Part shown: piece by piece, positions 39,515 through 52,010 of the stretch
How the letters are laid out: every line of letters begins with the position of its first letter
Position numbering within the stretch: the stretch's first letter is position 1
Assembly (NCBI GenBank): GCA_964016885.1
Contig: OZ024756.1
Span: 34,658,001 to 34,722,000, forward strand
Length of the DNA stretch: 64,000 nt
Reading direction: 5' to 3'
DNA from: Eledone cirrhosa
Lineage: Eukaryota
Notes under the pieces: generated by a model
Database searches by the model: none
The model's input: only the letters and a program-made list of their open reading frames with translations
Told to the model about the DNA's origin: nothing
Made by a program: the position numbers and the translations under genes

Positions 39515-41861
39515 TTATTCAATGTTGTCTAAACCAGCGTCGGTCATTATTGTAGCGATATTCTTCTCCAGGTCGTCAATCCGTTTTGCCATTTCATCCA
39601 GTAGCAGAAGTTAAGGAATAATAATAGCACTACTAGGAACTGCACACACATATTATGAAGAGTACTCTCAATACTATAGAAATAACAACATCAAAAATAA
39701 CACTGCACATACACAAGGCACACAAAGCTGTGCTCAGTAATGCAGTAATAACATGCAATAAAAATTACACAGAGTGATAGGAAAAGAACATCAATGTATA
39801 ACAATAATTGTAATAAATAGTCATGATAACAATACAAAAATCAACTAGGTACAGTTCCCGAATATAAGGGTATAGCAGTTTAGGGGAATTTCAGCCCAAC
39901 TACCACCCCAACATTACCACCACCACAAAAAAAATGGAGCACTCTGTTGCCTTAAGTGCCCTCTACTTGTTTCTTACAATTGTGAACCAAAAACCCTAAC
40001 CACTAAGCCACATCCCTTCACAGGTTTCCAGGGGATTAGTTGTTTTAATCCTTTAGCATTTAAACCAGCCATATCCAGTCATCATTCTCTCACCTCTTTC
40101 TGTTCAAACTGGTTATAACCGGCCGTTCATACTTATGTTAAGGTATGGTTCTTAAAATATCATAGACTCGATATTATGTGAGATAAAGCCTTTACCATGA
40201 CAATATAATAGTATATATAGAGTAATGTAAATACCAAAGGGTTAATCCTTTTGTGACTTTATTTCTAATATATTACAATCTAGTTTAATTAATAAATAAA
40301 ACATTTCGAAGGATTTACTAAAATCATTAATTATTTCATTGCTAAAATAATAACTTAATATATGGCTCTTATATAAAATGTTGGAAGACTTTAATTTCAA
40401 TAAGCACCCTTTAAAATAGGTGGTTTTGTTTCATAGAACCAGAGCTGGTTTTGGCTGGGTTAGTATCATGTCATTAGTGTATGATATAATATAGAACATT
40501 GTCATTGCAACAGAAAAGACACCAATGTAAAAGGACCCTGCATATATTTTCAAGTATTTATATAGCAACAAGAAATTAACTGGTTTTAGCTACTGGTTTG
40601 CACTGGTTTATACTGGTTAAGTTAAAACAAGCTGAGGCATGATTAGATTCAAATCAATGAGATCATATTTAAAAACTATATACATACACACTTCAACAGC
40701 ATTCTAATCAAAGTGTGTATACGTTGGGGGGGGGGGGGGGGGAACACCCTGTATATAAGGTGGCAAGTTGGCAGAGTTTTTATAATGTCAGATAGAATGC
40801 TTTGCAGTTTTCGTTTCAGCCATCTGAGTTCAAATCCCACCATAGTCAACTTTGCTTTTCATCCATTTGAGGTTGATAAAAATGTGAAAGAAATTATGAC
40901 CACTGCTCTAAAGGTCAAATCAGGAAGTAGCAAGCACACAATAATAACTATTATACACATAAATTAAGACCAATACCAGTTGTAAACTTCAGTGTTGAAT
41001 ATTTAGAAATAAAAGAACAAAAGGATATTTCTTCCAGTGATTTTGTCTGACATCTCTTGGAATTTGTCTTGCATCTGTTGTAAAATCAACTGAACCTACA
41101 AGAAAACAAAGAATATACAAATATACTAACAACAATAGGGTGTATCTTACTTGTATCTGTTTATATATAGTAAATACACGTGTGTGTATGTGTGTGTGTT
41201 TGAAGGAAGACATGCAGTTGTTGCAACTCATATATATATATATATATACTATATACTATATATGTAGTCCAAGTGAAAGCCATGAGCCAATACAGCTTGG
41301 CACAAGTGCTATCACAACTCATATATACCCTATATATATACGATGTATAGACTGTATACACTATATATACTATGTATGATGTTGTTCAAAGGAAAGGCAT
41401 AAGCTGATACAACTTGGCACCAGTATGATTTGTATCAGCAGAGTGGACTTGACCAATTTGAAATAAAATGTATTGTTCAGGAACACAATGGGCTGCTGGA
41501 TTCAAGAAATGAACCCATGACTTTATGATTGTGAATCCAACACTCTAACCACTAGGCCAACCACCACTTTGTTATTGATAGTAATTGAAACAATGTTTGT
41601 AAAGTGTAACATTATTTTGAATATAAACATAACCGTAACCCATGCTAGCGTGGAAAATGGACATTAAACGAAGATGATGATGATGATGAACATTCTGAGA
41701 TGCACACATATACACACAAACATGCACTCTTACACACACACACACACACACTTAATATAAGACAAGCTCAGGCAGGACTGCAAGTATGGAGAAAGAAAGG
41801 GAGGGGGAGGAAAGAGAGAAAGAGTAATAAATCAATTGAGCATATAGCCAATATAATATAT

Positions 41862-41914
<53 letters not shown>

Positions 41915-42732
41915 CACAGGGACATGTCCAGACAACTCAGTATATAAAAAAACATAGGATGTAACTAGATGTTTTACTGACTGCATTTTCAAAAGCCTCC
42001 CACACACAATAGTTTCATATGTGTGTGTGTATATATATATATATGCACATATATATGATATATATAAATATACGCATACATGCACACCAACACATATATA
42101 TATATACGTACATGCACACTTATATATATATATATAGTATGGACTTCTCTTTCTTATAACCAGCAAATTGAGTGGAAAAAGAATCAATTTACACCCATGA
42201 CACCTGCTTACACAGTCTCTAAATCAATATACTGGGTGGAACGGGGAGTTACATGCTAAAATAATTATTTATTTACAATCCCAATAAAGAGAGCTGACTA
42301 GTTGAGGCATTTACAGCAAATTCTTACACTTCAATAGAACTTCTAATGGAAATCATGAAATTATTAAGGTGGAACTTTGCATTCTTTTTTTCCCTGTTAA
42401 TACTTTACTTATAAAGGAACTACAAGAGAGGGAGGCCAATGACGTGGTTGTGAGAGCTGATCTCAAATCACTGAAGCTCACAGGTTGATGAAGGACCATG
42501 ATGAGTGGAGAGGTGCTGTGCTGAAAAAAAAAACATCCAACCCATAAAACAGTGATGATAATATATATTCACTTTGGATTGCCTCGGGAACGTAACCTTA
42601 TTATGTAAGAAGCTGTCTGATGATGTCACGGCACTGGGTACACGGAATCGTGTGGCCACTGCCATCATTGAAATATGTATCACAGCATTATCAATAAAGG
42701 ACTTTAACATCTGAAACTACTTCGTATTTTCT

Positions 42733-42774
<42 letters not shown>

Positions 42775-45560
42775 GTATTTATAATATATATATTGTGTGG
42801 GTCGATGTAGTTAACTAGAAGTGACAGAGATAACTTTTACATGTCCTCAAAAACTAACTAGTTTATATCCTTTGTAGCGGCTCTGAAATGATATATATTA
42901 TATCATATAGTAAGAATAATTGGTTTGTAGGAAGCAGACATGTTCAATTCAGTGTTTTGGGACAATGACTATTCTGTAGAATGGCTTTTCTACTGACAGT
43001 TAACAATTCTGTAGAATTCTTGACATTCTCTATAGATGCCATACACAACCATAGAACCATGAAATTAAATGACAGATAAAGACAAATAGATAAAAGGTTG
43101 GAATAAAACTATAATGGAAGTTGAAATTGACTGTTTTTCATAGTTTGGGTTAAAGCAGATGTTGTTTAGCCCCAGCTCAACTCTGAATGAGCAGACTTAT
43201 GATCAAAAGTATTTTTTAAAAATATGGTTACAGTGTGATTTAAATCTTTTGTTACCGAACTACTTGAAACACCTCCTGCTGGATGCATAATACAAAACTG
43301 TTTGTTTTACAGTGTTCATATTTATCTAAAATCCTTCCATCATAATTTTATGTAAGAACCTTTCTTAAATTATTTTCCAAACATCATAAAATATGAGTAA
43401 GTTAGTTATACAGTGGAACCTAGGTTCACAAACTTAATTCGTTCCTGAAGGTGGTTCATCACTCAAAACTATTTTTCCCATATGAAATGTTGAGAGAGAG
43501 AGACTGTGTTTGAAAGACAGATAGATATCACCATAGTAACTAATTACACAGCAAGTGATGCTTTCCAGCCAATACTCCCAGCTTATTGCCAACTGTTGTT
43601 GCTGGCTTGGGTGTTCGTTAATCAAGACATTGTTCATGAACTGAGATGATTTGTTCATGATGATAGGCATTCATGAATTGAGATTCCACTGTATTATTAA
43701 ATCTTTCCAAGCTCTTGATTATATTCTAAATTATTTGAAACATAGGCAGTGTCTTTTGCTTGAAATATGATAACAAAGGAATAAGGAATTTGACAGCTCT
43801 TTCTTATAGGCCAGTCAACCATTCAAAACCTCCAAAAGTTATTTGGTTCTGAAGGGACAAATAAAACCATTACATAAGTTGAATCAAACATTGTTATATT
43901 CTCGTCTGATAAATATATTTGTAGTTGCAGCATGGCCAAGAAATTAAGGAGTTCACTTCACAGTCATAAGGCCCTATGTTCAATCTCACTGTTTGGCATT
44001 TTGGGCAAGTATCATTTACAATAGCTCCAGGTAGCCCCAAGTCTTGTGTCTGAAATTGGGTAGATAGAAACTGTGAGGAAGCCCATCGAATGGACTGTAC
44101 ATGTAATTCAAAGGGCAGGACAGCCTTGTCACACACTGTATCACGTCAAATCTCCCTGAGAATTCTAGATAATCATAAACATTGTATCGTAGAACCAAGG
44201 GGAGTTTTCAGGAGTTTAGTATCAAAAGGGTTAGACGGGAGATATTTTCATTTTGATAACATTACATAAACCAAAGAAAACAAAATATACTTGAAGCTTC
44301 ATGCATATTGTAAAATTACAAATTCTATATTTACAATAATCTAAAGAAAACGAGAGTGGAAGAAATCCATGCCAAAACAAAACTTCTTTGCTTCGGTCGT
44401 TCAGGAATTTTAAGTTTTTTGGGTTTTTTTTTAATTTCTTCGATCCCACCATTTTTGCCGGCCTTATTTTAAATTACGCCGTGTTTCTCCAGTTTTACCA
44501 CTATATTTCTCATAAACATTACAGAGTTCAGATTCGGGTTCAGAACGAGATCCGTCTCTAAAATTTTGTCCTTTAAAACCTTAGACGAAATAATAATTGT
44601 TTCTATTTTTGGCACAAGGCCTGCAATTTGAAGGGAAAGTGAAAAGTCGATTAAATCGATCCCAGTGTGTTACTAGTTAGTACTTTATTTTATCGACCCA
44701 CGTAAGGATGAAAGGCAAAACTAACTTCGGCAGGGTTTGAAATCAGAACTTAAAAGACCGAAATAAATATTAAAGTAAGAGTTTTCTCTTTATTACGGAT
44801 GTCATTTAAATTAATTGAAACTATTTTTTGGTTAAGCCTCCTTCAACTTAACTCAATAACGTTGGTGTTTATTAGCCCGAGGACAGCTTTGACAGCCTTA
44901 TGATGATTAAGGCTATCACAACCGTGACGACACTGTGCTTCTTATTGGGTATCTAGGACTGTAATTAAACACCGCGAGGCGTTTTCTCAAATGAATACTA
45001 ACCCTGTTAAGTTCCTAGTTCAAATCCCACAGCAGAGGTCAACTTTGATATTCATCCGGAGTCGAGGAAATAAAGGACTATCACATCACATCAAGTTGTA
45101 AGAGAGACGGTTTAATGTGTAATATTTCCGTGATCATCCTTGGTTGTAAATAGAATTCTACTAGAAGACCAAATACGACCCAGAGAGAGAAAGAGAGAAA
45201 CCTCCCTCCTCGTCGCTGGCACGGTTAAACAATGTAAAGTGGTTGGTGAAAAACATTATATATATATATATATATTTTAAAACTTTTTCTCTATTTGCTA
45301 GACCTGGATTTTATATATATATATATATATATATAAATTATATATATATACACTGTAGTAAACTAACTTACTATTACTGCCTAAATCAAAAAACATTATT
45401 ACTATTATAACATAGGATAGAAGAAAAAGGTAGTAATACATACATAATTCGTCAAATCCTGTACGTTCTTTGGATCTGAAGAAGTGGCAGCATTTGCTGA
45501 ATTATTTCCATCAGAAGAGAAAGCAGCATTGGCGATGTAATCACTGCTGACGTCGGCCAT
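39515..45560 (-). CDS. HSBP1: Heat shock factor-binding protein 1, 3 exons, 89 aa
   Basis: Exons 45444-45560, 41029-41095, 39515-39600 (270 nt). Translation [89 protein letters not shown] matches the HSBP1 coiled coil (DPKxVQDLT..[28 protein letters not shown]). The ORF track misses it. Confidence 0.96.
39601..41028 (-). other. U12-type (minor spliceosome) AT-AC intron, HSBP1 intron 2
   Basis: On the minus strand the 5' end reads ATATCCTTTT (from 41028). Branch site TCCTTAAC lies at 39617-39610, followed by TTCTGCTAC with terminal AC at 39602-39601. Splicing here restores the conserved HSBP1 frame (GR-M-DEM). Confidence 0.96.
42612..42686 (+). ncRNA. Candidate type I hammerhead ribozyme (minimal stem III, Penelope/retrozyme-like)
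   Basis: GCTGT-CTGATGA-[long imperfect stem II capped by ACACG gaat CGTGT]-GAAA-T-ATGT-ATC-ACAGC. Stem I is GCTGT/ACAGC, both core boxes are intact, and the NUH triplet is AUC. AATAAA and a (TA)n tract follow. Confidence 0.6.
43411..43691. mobile_element. pogo/Tigger-like MITE
   Basis: TIRs CAGTGGAACCT.GGTTCA / TGAATTGAGATTCCACTG, flanked by TA on both sides. Confidence 0.75.
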
Positions 45561-46207
45561 GCTGTCTTTATTATAACAACGGAGACTGTTTTCGGGAATA
45601 AATAGAAAAAATGACTACGAACCGAGATATTATGGGTGTATAAAGTTATAAATAAAGCGCTGAAAGTTATTCAAGAGAGTTAACTGCTTATCAGCAAAAA
45701 TGCCAAGTGGTGTTTTATGTTGTTTCTAAGGAGAAATTGATTCAGTAAACATAACACACAATCCTGTTCTGGCTTGTTTGTTGAGGGGAAAAAAATTAAA
45801 ACATTTATCAAGGGAGGTAATCGCAATCGTAGATTATCACCCTTTACATTTAACTGTAAATATGTATGTGTATTCACCAGACCAGACATCATTCTGTCTG
45901 GTGATCCTGTGAGTACACAAGGTGAAACTCCTGACTAACATAGCTGTTTCGAAAAGGCAGGTGCGCGCTCGCATTTGAATTTATATATATTAGTAGATTG
46001 ATCTACAGATTAGTTGAACCAGCCAACATAAGCGGAGTGTATATATATATATAACGGATGAGTTGTGGTAAGGAACCAGATGGACCATAACGCACCAGAG
46101 TACTCAATACTTAGGGTAGTAGAGTGTGTAATAGGAGAAAGTATGACCCCGACGGCAGAGCTCAAGCCGTTTCGACGGCTATTTCTTCCGTCGGGGTCAT
46201 ACTTTCT

Positions 46208-46263
<56 letters not shown>

Positions 46264-46430
46264 AGTAGAACACTGGAAGGTAATATCCGTAGTGGTAGAG
46301 CACTCAGTCCATGGGACGAGTTATGTAGAAGTGGTTACACAACAGTTAGTTCACCATACCGAGAACAATTGTTTTGAAAGGTGAAATAATTGTTCTCGGT
46401 ATGGTGAACTAACTGTTGTGTAACCACTTC

Positions 46431-46509
<79 letters not shown>

Positions 46510-47129
46510 ATGTGTATGAAATGTCAACGAGGGGAAAAAACGCGGGAGGAACAATACGGTACAGTGGTGATATATATCAATTTAACTCTTGATGTAGTAG
46601 GAAAAGTGCCTTGACGTTTTGGACGTTGGTCTTTCGTCTGAAGATAAAATTTTAGATAGAAAAAAATTTTTTTTCAGAAGGAAGATGCAAAATCACGAAG
46701 TCATATATATATATGTGTGTGTGTATAGTAATAATATCCATTGATCCAGTGTTGTTTGTCTCTCCTGGAAGTCCCCAACAGTTATTGAGTGTTAAGTGAC
46801 TGAGAGTTCAAGACAGGACACCATAACATGGTAATTCTGGCTGAACTTTATCATCTAATAAACCTCTCAAATGCTATTCACCACGAGAAGAAAACTAACC
46901 GTGTTTTAAGGATTATCTAGTGATGATTGGGCGGTGGGTCAAGGGAGCGTTTGAAGTAAGGGATCAGAAATGTATACTAGAGCATCCTATTTTATGTCGG
47001 AACTGTCTTTTTGTATATCAGGTTCTACATTGTCTAATGTGTCCTTCCTTTATTTAAGATGATTTGACTGCTATTTATAACTCCATGACTAGCCCGGCTC
47101 TCCAGAGACTGAAAATCAGAAAATACTTC

Positions 47130-47440
47130 AACCCCTAACAACCACACACACCCTACAAAGGTGAGATCCTGAGATCCACAATGGAGTTCTGCTCCCTCAT
47201 GTGGCGTGGTGTTGTTGCTACACTCAGACATGCTAGACTGTATCCAAAGTAAAGCCATTCGACTAATTGGCATAATGTCACTCATAGACACACTCCAGCC
47301 TCTGGTCCAGAAACATCCTGTCTCCTCTCTCTGCACCCTTTTTTTTACTGTTACTACAATGGTCTCTGTTCCACAGAGCAGGCTCTCCTCGTGCAACCCC
47401 CACTTAGGAACTCCTGACTCCCTTCACGTGTTGCGTCCAA
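47130..47440 (+). mobile_element. Degenerate LINE ORF2 fragment
   Basis: Frameshifted MEFCSLMW...LDCIQSKAIRLIG, resembling a non-LTR retrotransposon post-RT region. Confidence 0.55.
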
Positions 47441-48554
47441 ACTCATAGAACCCCACCCCGCACTATCTACTACATCCATCTGATCCCATAACCCCCTACA
47501 CTAACTTATACGTCCAAACTTTCTTGAACAGAACGTCCGTTCCTCAAGATTTTTTTTACTCACTCATTACCCAGCCTTTCAAATTAAAACAAACTTTATG
47601 TTAGAGTTTGGGGTTAAGGTTTTAGAGATTAGAGTTAGACAACGTTTGTTTCAATAATAAAGTGCTCTCTTTTTCTATTATTGTATATATCTAATGGTTT
47701 CTGATTTAGGCACAATTTTGTTTCAATAATAAAGAAGTGCTCTCTTTTCTATTGTACATATCTAATGGTTTCTGATTTAGGCCAGCAATTTTGAGGGAGG
47801 GGAAAGTCGATTAAACCGAGGTCAGTACGTGACTGGTACTATATTTTATCGACCCAATAAGGATGAAAGGAAAGGATCGATAAAAGAAATTACCAGTCAC
47901 GCATAGGTACGTATTGGACTTCCGTCAGTTAGGACGACGAGAGTTCCAGTTGTTCGGTCATCGGAAGAGCCTGGTCATGAAATTAACGTGCAAGTGACTG
48001 AGCATTCCGCAGATACATGTAACCTTAACATAATTCTCGGGGAGAACCAACGTGAAATAGTGCACAAGAATTGGAGGTACAACTCTTTTTTTTTTTTAAC
48101 TGATAATCGAACTCATGATTTTACTATCATGAATCTAGCATTCTAACTACTAAGCGACATGATTCAAAATATGTTATTTAAATAACTGTCAAATACGAGG
48201 AAGGGATTGATATATATTTCACAGAAATTAGATTTTTCTTTTTTAAATAAATAAAACCCCAATTGTTGATATCCGAAATTACATTTACGGCACATTTCAG
48301 TACAATAACTATAAACATTGGATATTTCATTAAATAAATCTTTAAAAAAAATAATAAATCTTTAATGATAACATTAAAATGTTTATTTTTAAATCGAGGC
48401 ACAATAATTTACTGTAAACGATTAAAAAACGCAAATGTAATGTAAGGAATTATTTATAAATATCGACTAGAGAAATGCTGTATGTTGATGCTTTTTGTAT
48501 CAGTAAAAAATTCGTGAAAAATGAGAAAATTGTGAAAGAAAATAATAATCGTTT

Positions 48555-48630
48555 CTATGTTTCACGTGATGTTTATTTTGACTGTTGCAACATGGCCGAA
48601 CAGGAAGTCGTTGTTGATATAAGATGAATA
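48555..48630 (+). promoter_or_regulatory. Putative FBXO15 proximal promoter motifs
   Basis: TCACGTGA E-box (48562-48569), YY1-like CAACATGGCCG (48588-48598) and ETS-like CAGGAAGT (48601-48608) cluster in an otherwise very AT-rich stretch. Confidence 0.4.
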
Positions 48631-49318
48631 ATATATTACATATATAGAGTAGAATGGATAGCTTTAGATCTAGGCAGTATTGAATATCTTAGCCAATATC
48701 CCTCTCTCTCTACACACACAAATATATATATATGTGTGTGATTGTGTAAAGAATATATATAACTATATATATATGTGTGTGTACAAACACACATATACAT
48801 AAATATATATAACTACACACACGTAATATATATATACATACATATATGAACACATACAATGGTAGTAGTAGTGTTTGTTTTTGGCATGTCGTATTTCAAA
48901 TAAAAATGACAAATATTAGAGAAATGACTATTAAATATAGGCTAAAGACTGTAAAATTAGAAATTTTTAATGAAATATTTTGTTATTAGAGGAAGTGTAC
49001 AAGTTTTTCCGGGTGGATTACGTATGCCGTAAAAGCCCAAGAAACCTTCCCGTTTCTGCTCCAACTGTGGCGTCTGTCGCTACGCATCTTTCTCTTTCCA
49101 CAATGGTGTAACACCACAAAGGTTTCTCTGTTTTTTTTTTAAACACAATATCTTCTTTTTATATATATACATATATATAGTCCTAAGCATTTAATTAACA
49201 GTTGGATGAACAGTTGTGTGTGTTGTCCTGTAGGGTGAACACAGCCGGTCTCTGGACATTGAGCAGGTAAAACACATGACCCCCGAGGAGGTGTCGTGTG
49301 AGTTGCTGTCTATTCAGG

Positions 49319-51959
49319 ATGGAACCACTGACATGCAAGACAACAGCGACTGCAGCAGCAGGATTAGGGACGGCGAAGGGTTCCTCTACTGCTGCCAATG
49401 TACGGGATTACCTCAACAAGCACAAGCTCCCTCTTCACACAAGGTCAGTAATGCAGATATATGTCTTGTTTGTTTATCTTAATATTCCTCCCTCCCTCCG
49501 TCCATATATATATATAACCCCCATCCCCTCTCGTTCTATTATGGGGGATTTTCCGCCTTCAAAACAACGACCGACAGGATGGGCCGTACACAAGTCCACC
49601 TGGTCAACATGTGGCCAACCACCCTTATCTGCTACAACAAAAGCAATAACAACAACTAGTACAATAGCAACAACAACAACAACATTACTAGTCGAAGCGT
49701 CTAGGGCATGCTAAATACCGCAGCCAAATTTCTGAAACCACACATTGCCGTCTTAAATAAAGAAGTACATAACTACTAGAGCGATGTAGTCCTTCCTAAA
49801 CATACAACATTAATATGAGTCACACTAGGAAGCTACATGCTTATTTGACATGTTAGAAATAACAACCAAATCTCCCAGGAATCACACCCTATCGTCTTTA
49901 AAAAAAAAAAAAATAATAATAATTGTTTCTACTTTTGGCACAAGGCCAGCAATTATCCCAGTGCATTACTGGTACTTTATAATAATAATAATAAAAACAG
50001 GGACAGGCTCGTTGCATGATGTAGATCTAGTGACATATGTGTGGAATAACAAGACGGGATGGTCATGGCTGGAATGTCTTTCATTGCAGGTGTGTATTTC
50101 ATAAAAGCTGACCTGCGTTGGGGTGGGAACAAGCCTCTGACATCCACCCCGTTCACTACAGACCCCCCCACTACATGTCTTGTGTCGTTTCATTACACAC
50201 TGCTTTAGCAATTCTCTAAACAAAACAGTTTACCTTGTTCCCACCATGACACATCACCTGTCAATGTTGACTGCTAAACCTTCCAACATGCTAGAAATAG
50301 CAGTCAAATCGAATACAAAAACTGGGAAAGATCTACATGGTCGCTCGACCTGCTAGAAACAGTAGCCAATTTGTGTCAAAGGGGGATGTCTCTACGTGGT
50401 ATTTTTGATCTGCTAGAAATAACAATCTGAGTGGAAGTATCTACCTGGTAGCACAACTTACCAGAAATAGCAGCAAAGTTCCGTTTTTAAGAAAAGGATA
50501 ATTTAGCTAACGTAAACCTAGATATACAAAAACAAACATTTTTCCTAATAAATAAAATGCAGGGTGGTGTTGTGGCTGTTAAGCCTTTCATTGTGGATCT
50601 GTTGCTAAAGAAGAGACTAAACAACAATAACAACATTATATATATCAATATTATGTGAACATGAATCTCTTTCATGCTTCAATCAAATAATAATTATTTA
50701 ATTAAGCAGTAGTGTTAATAGTTGTGATGGTAGTGATAGTAGTTTTTGTTATTATTGCTGTTTAACCCCAATTCAACTCTGATCTAGCAGACGTATGATC
50801 AAAGGCATTCCAGTCATGACCATCCCATCTTTTTTTTTATTTTGGTGGCGGAGCGGGGGTATTTAGGATTACATCATCAAATATGGTAGGATGTAATTTG
50901 AGGCAGATTTGGCTGCTATTTCTAGCGGGTCGTGCAACCACCTAGATGCTCCATCGTTTAGTAGTAGTAGTAGTGATGGTCGTGGTGGTGGTGGTGGTGG
51001 TGGTAGTAGTAGTAGTGATAAGACAGCTGCTGGTTTTGGGAAAGACTTCTAGTCTGGAAACCTGCCAAAATGTTTGTCAGCACCAACAGTATTCTACTAG
51101 TGTAGTTCTGATGTTATTGTGTTACATGTGTGTATACAGCTAATGGGGTCACTTCACAGTGCTAAATATAGCAGTGAAATACACCTCAAGTCACACAAAC
51201 GAAGGACACAGGCATATTTTAGTTACAGATACAGATACCCATAAAAATAGAGGATGGTCGCATCGGAAGCTTAAGTTGTGAACACAACTATGAGGTTGCT
51301 TGACATGCTAGTTACAACAATCAAATACCTGTCAGGTCACACAAAGGAAGGACAGACCAAGCACATTTAGTGATAGATGCCCATAGGAGAGGGGGGCATA
51401 TTAGATAATGTAGTCCTCAATAGCCTTAAAACGACAGGATGGTCACGACAGGAGCATCTTTGATAGTATATATATCCATGATACTGCATGAATATAAAGC
51501 TTATTAGAAACACACATACACACATGCGCATGCATGTGTGTATGTAGGACCGCCATCAGTTCCAACAATGAGTATTTCAGTTCCTGAGACAACAGAACAA
51601 CCTCCTCATTAAATTAATGTGTAAGTGGCTGAGCATTCCACAGACACGTGCTCCCTTAACATAGTTCTCAGGGATATTCTGCATGATGCTGTGTGTGACA
51701 TGGCTGGCCTTTTGAATTACTGGTACAACTCATCTTTGCCAGCTCAGAGGAATGTGAGATAAAGTGTCTTGTTCAAGGACACAAAACACCACCAACAATC
51801 AAATCTATGACCTTACAATCGTGAGCTGAACATCCTAACCACACACACACATATACAGGGTGTCCCCCCCCCCCAAAAAAAAATGTATACACACTTCAGC
51901 ATTCTAATAAATATTGCCTGTATAGGTAATCAAAGTGTCTATACATTTTTGAGGGACAT

Positions 51960-52010
<51 letters not shown>

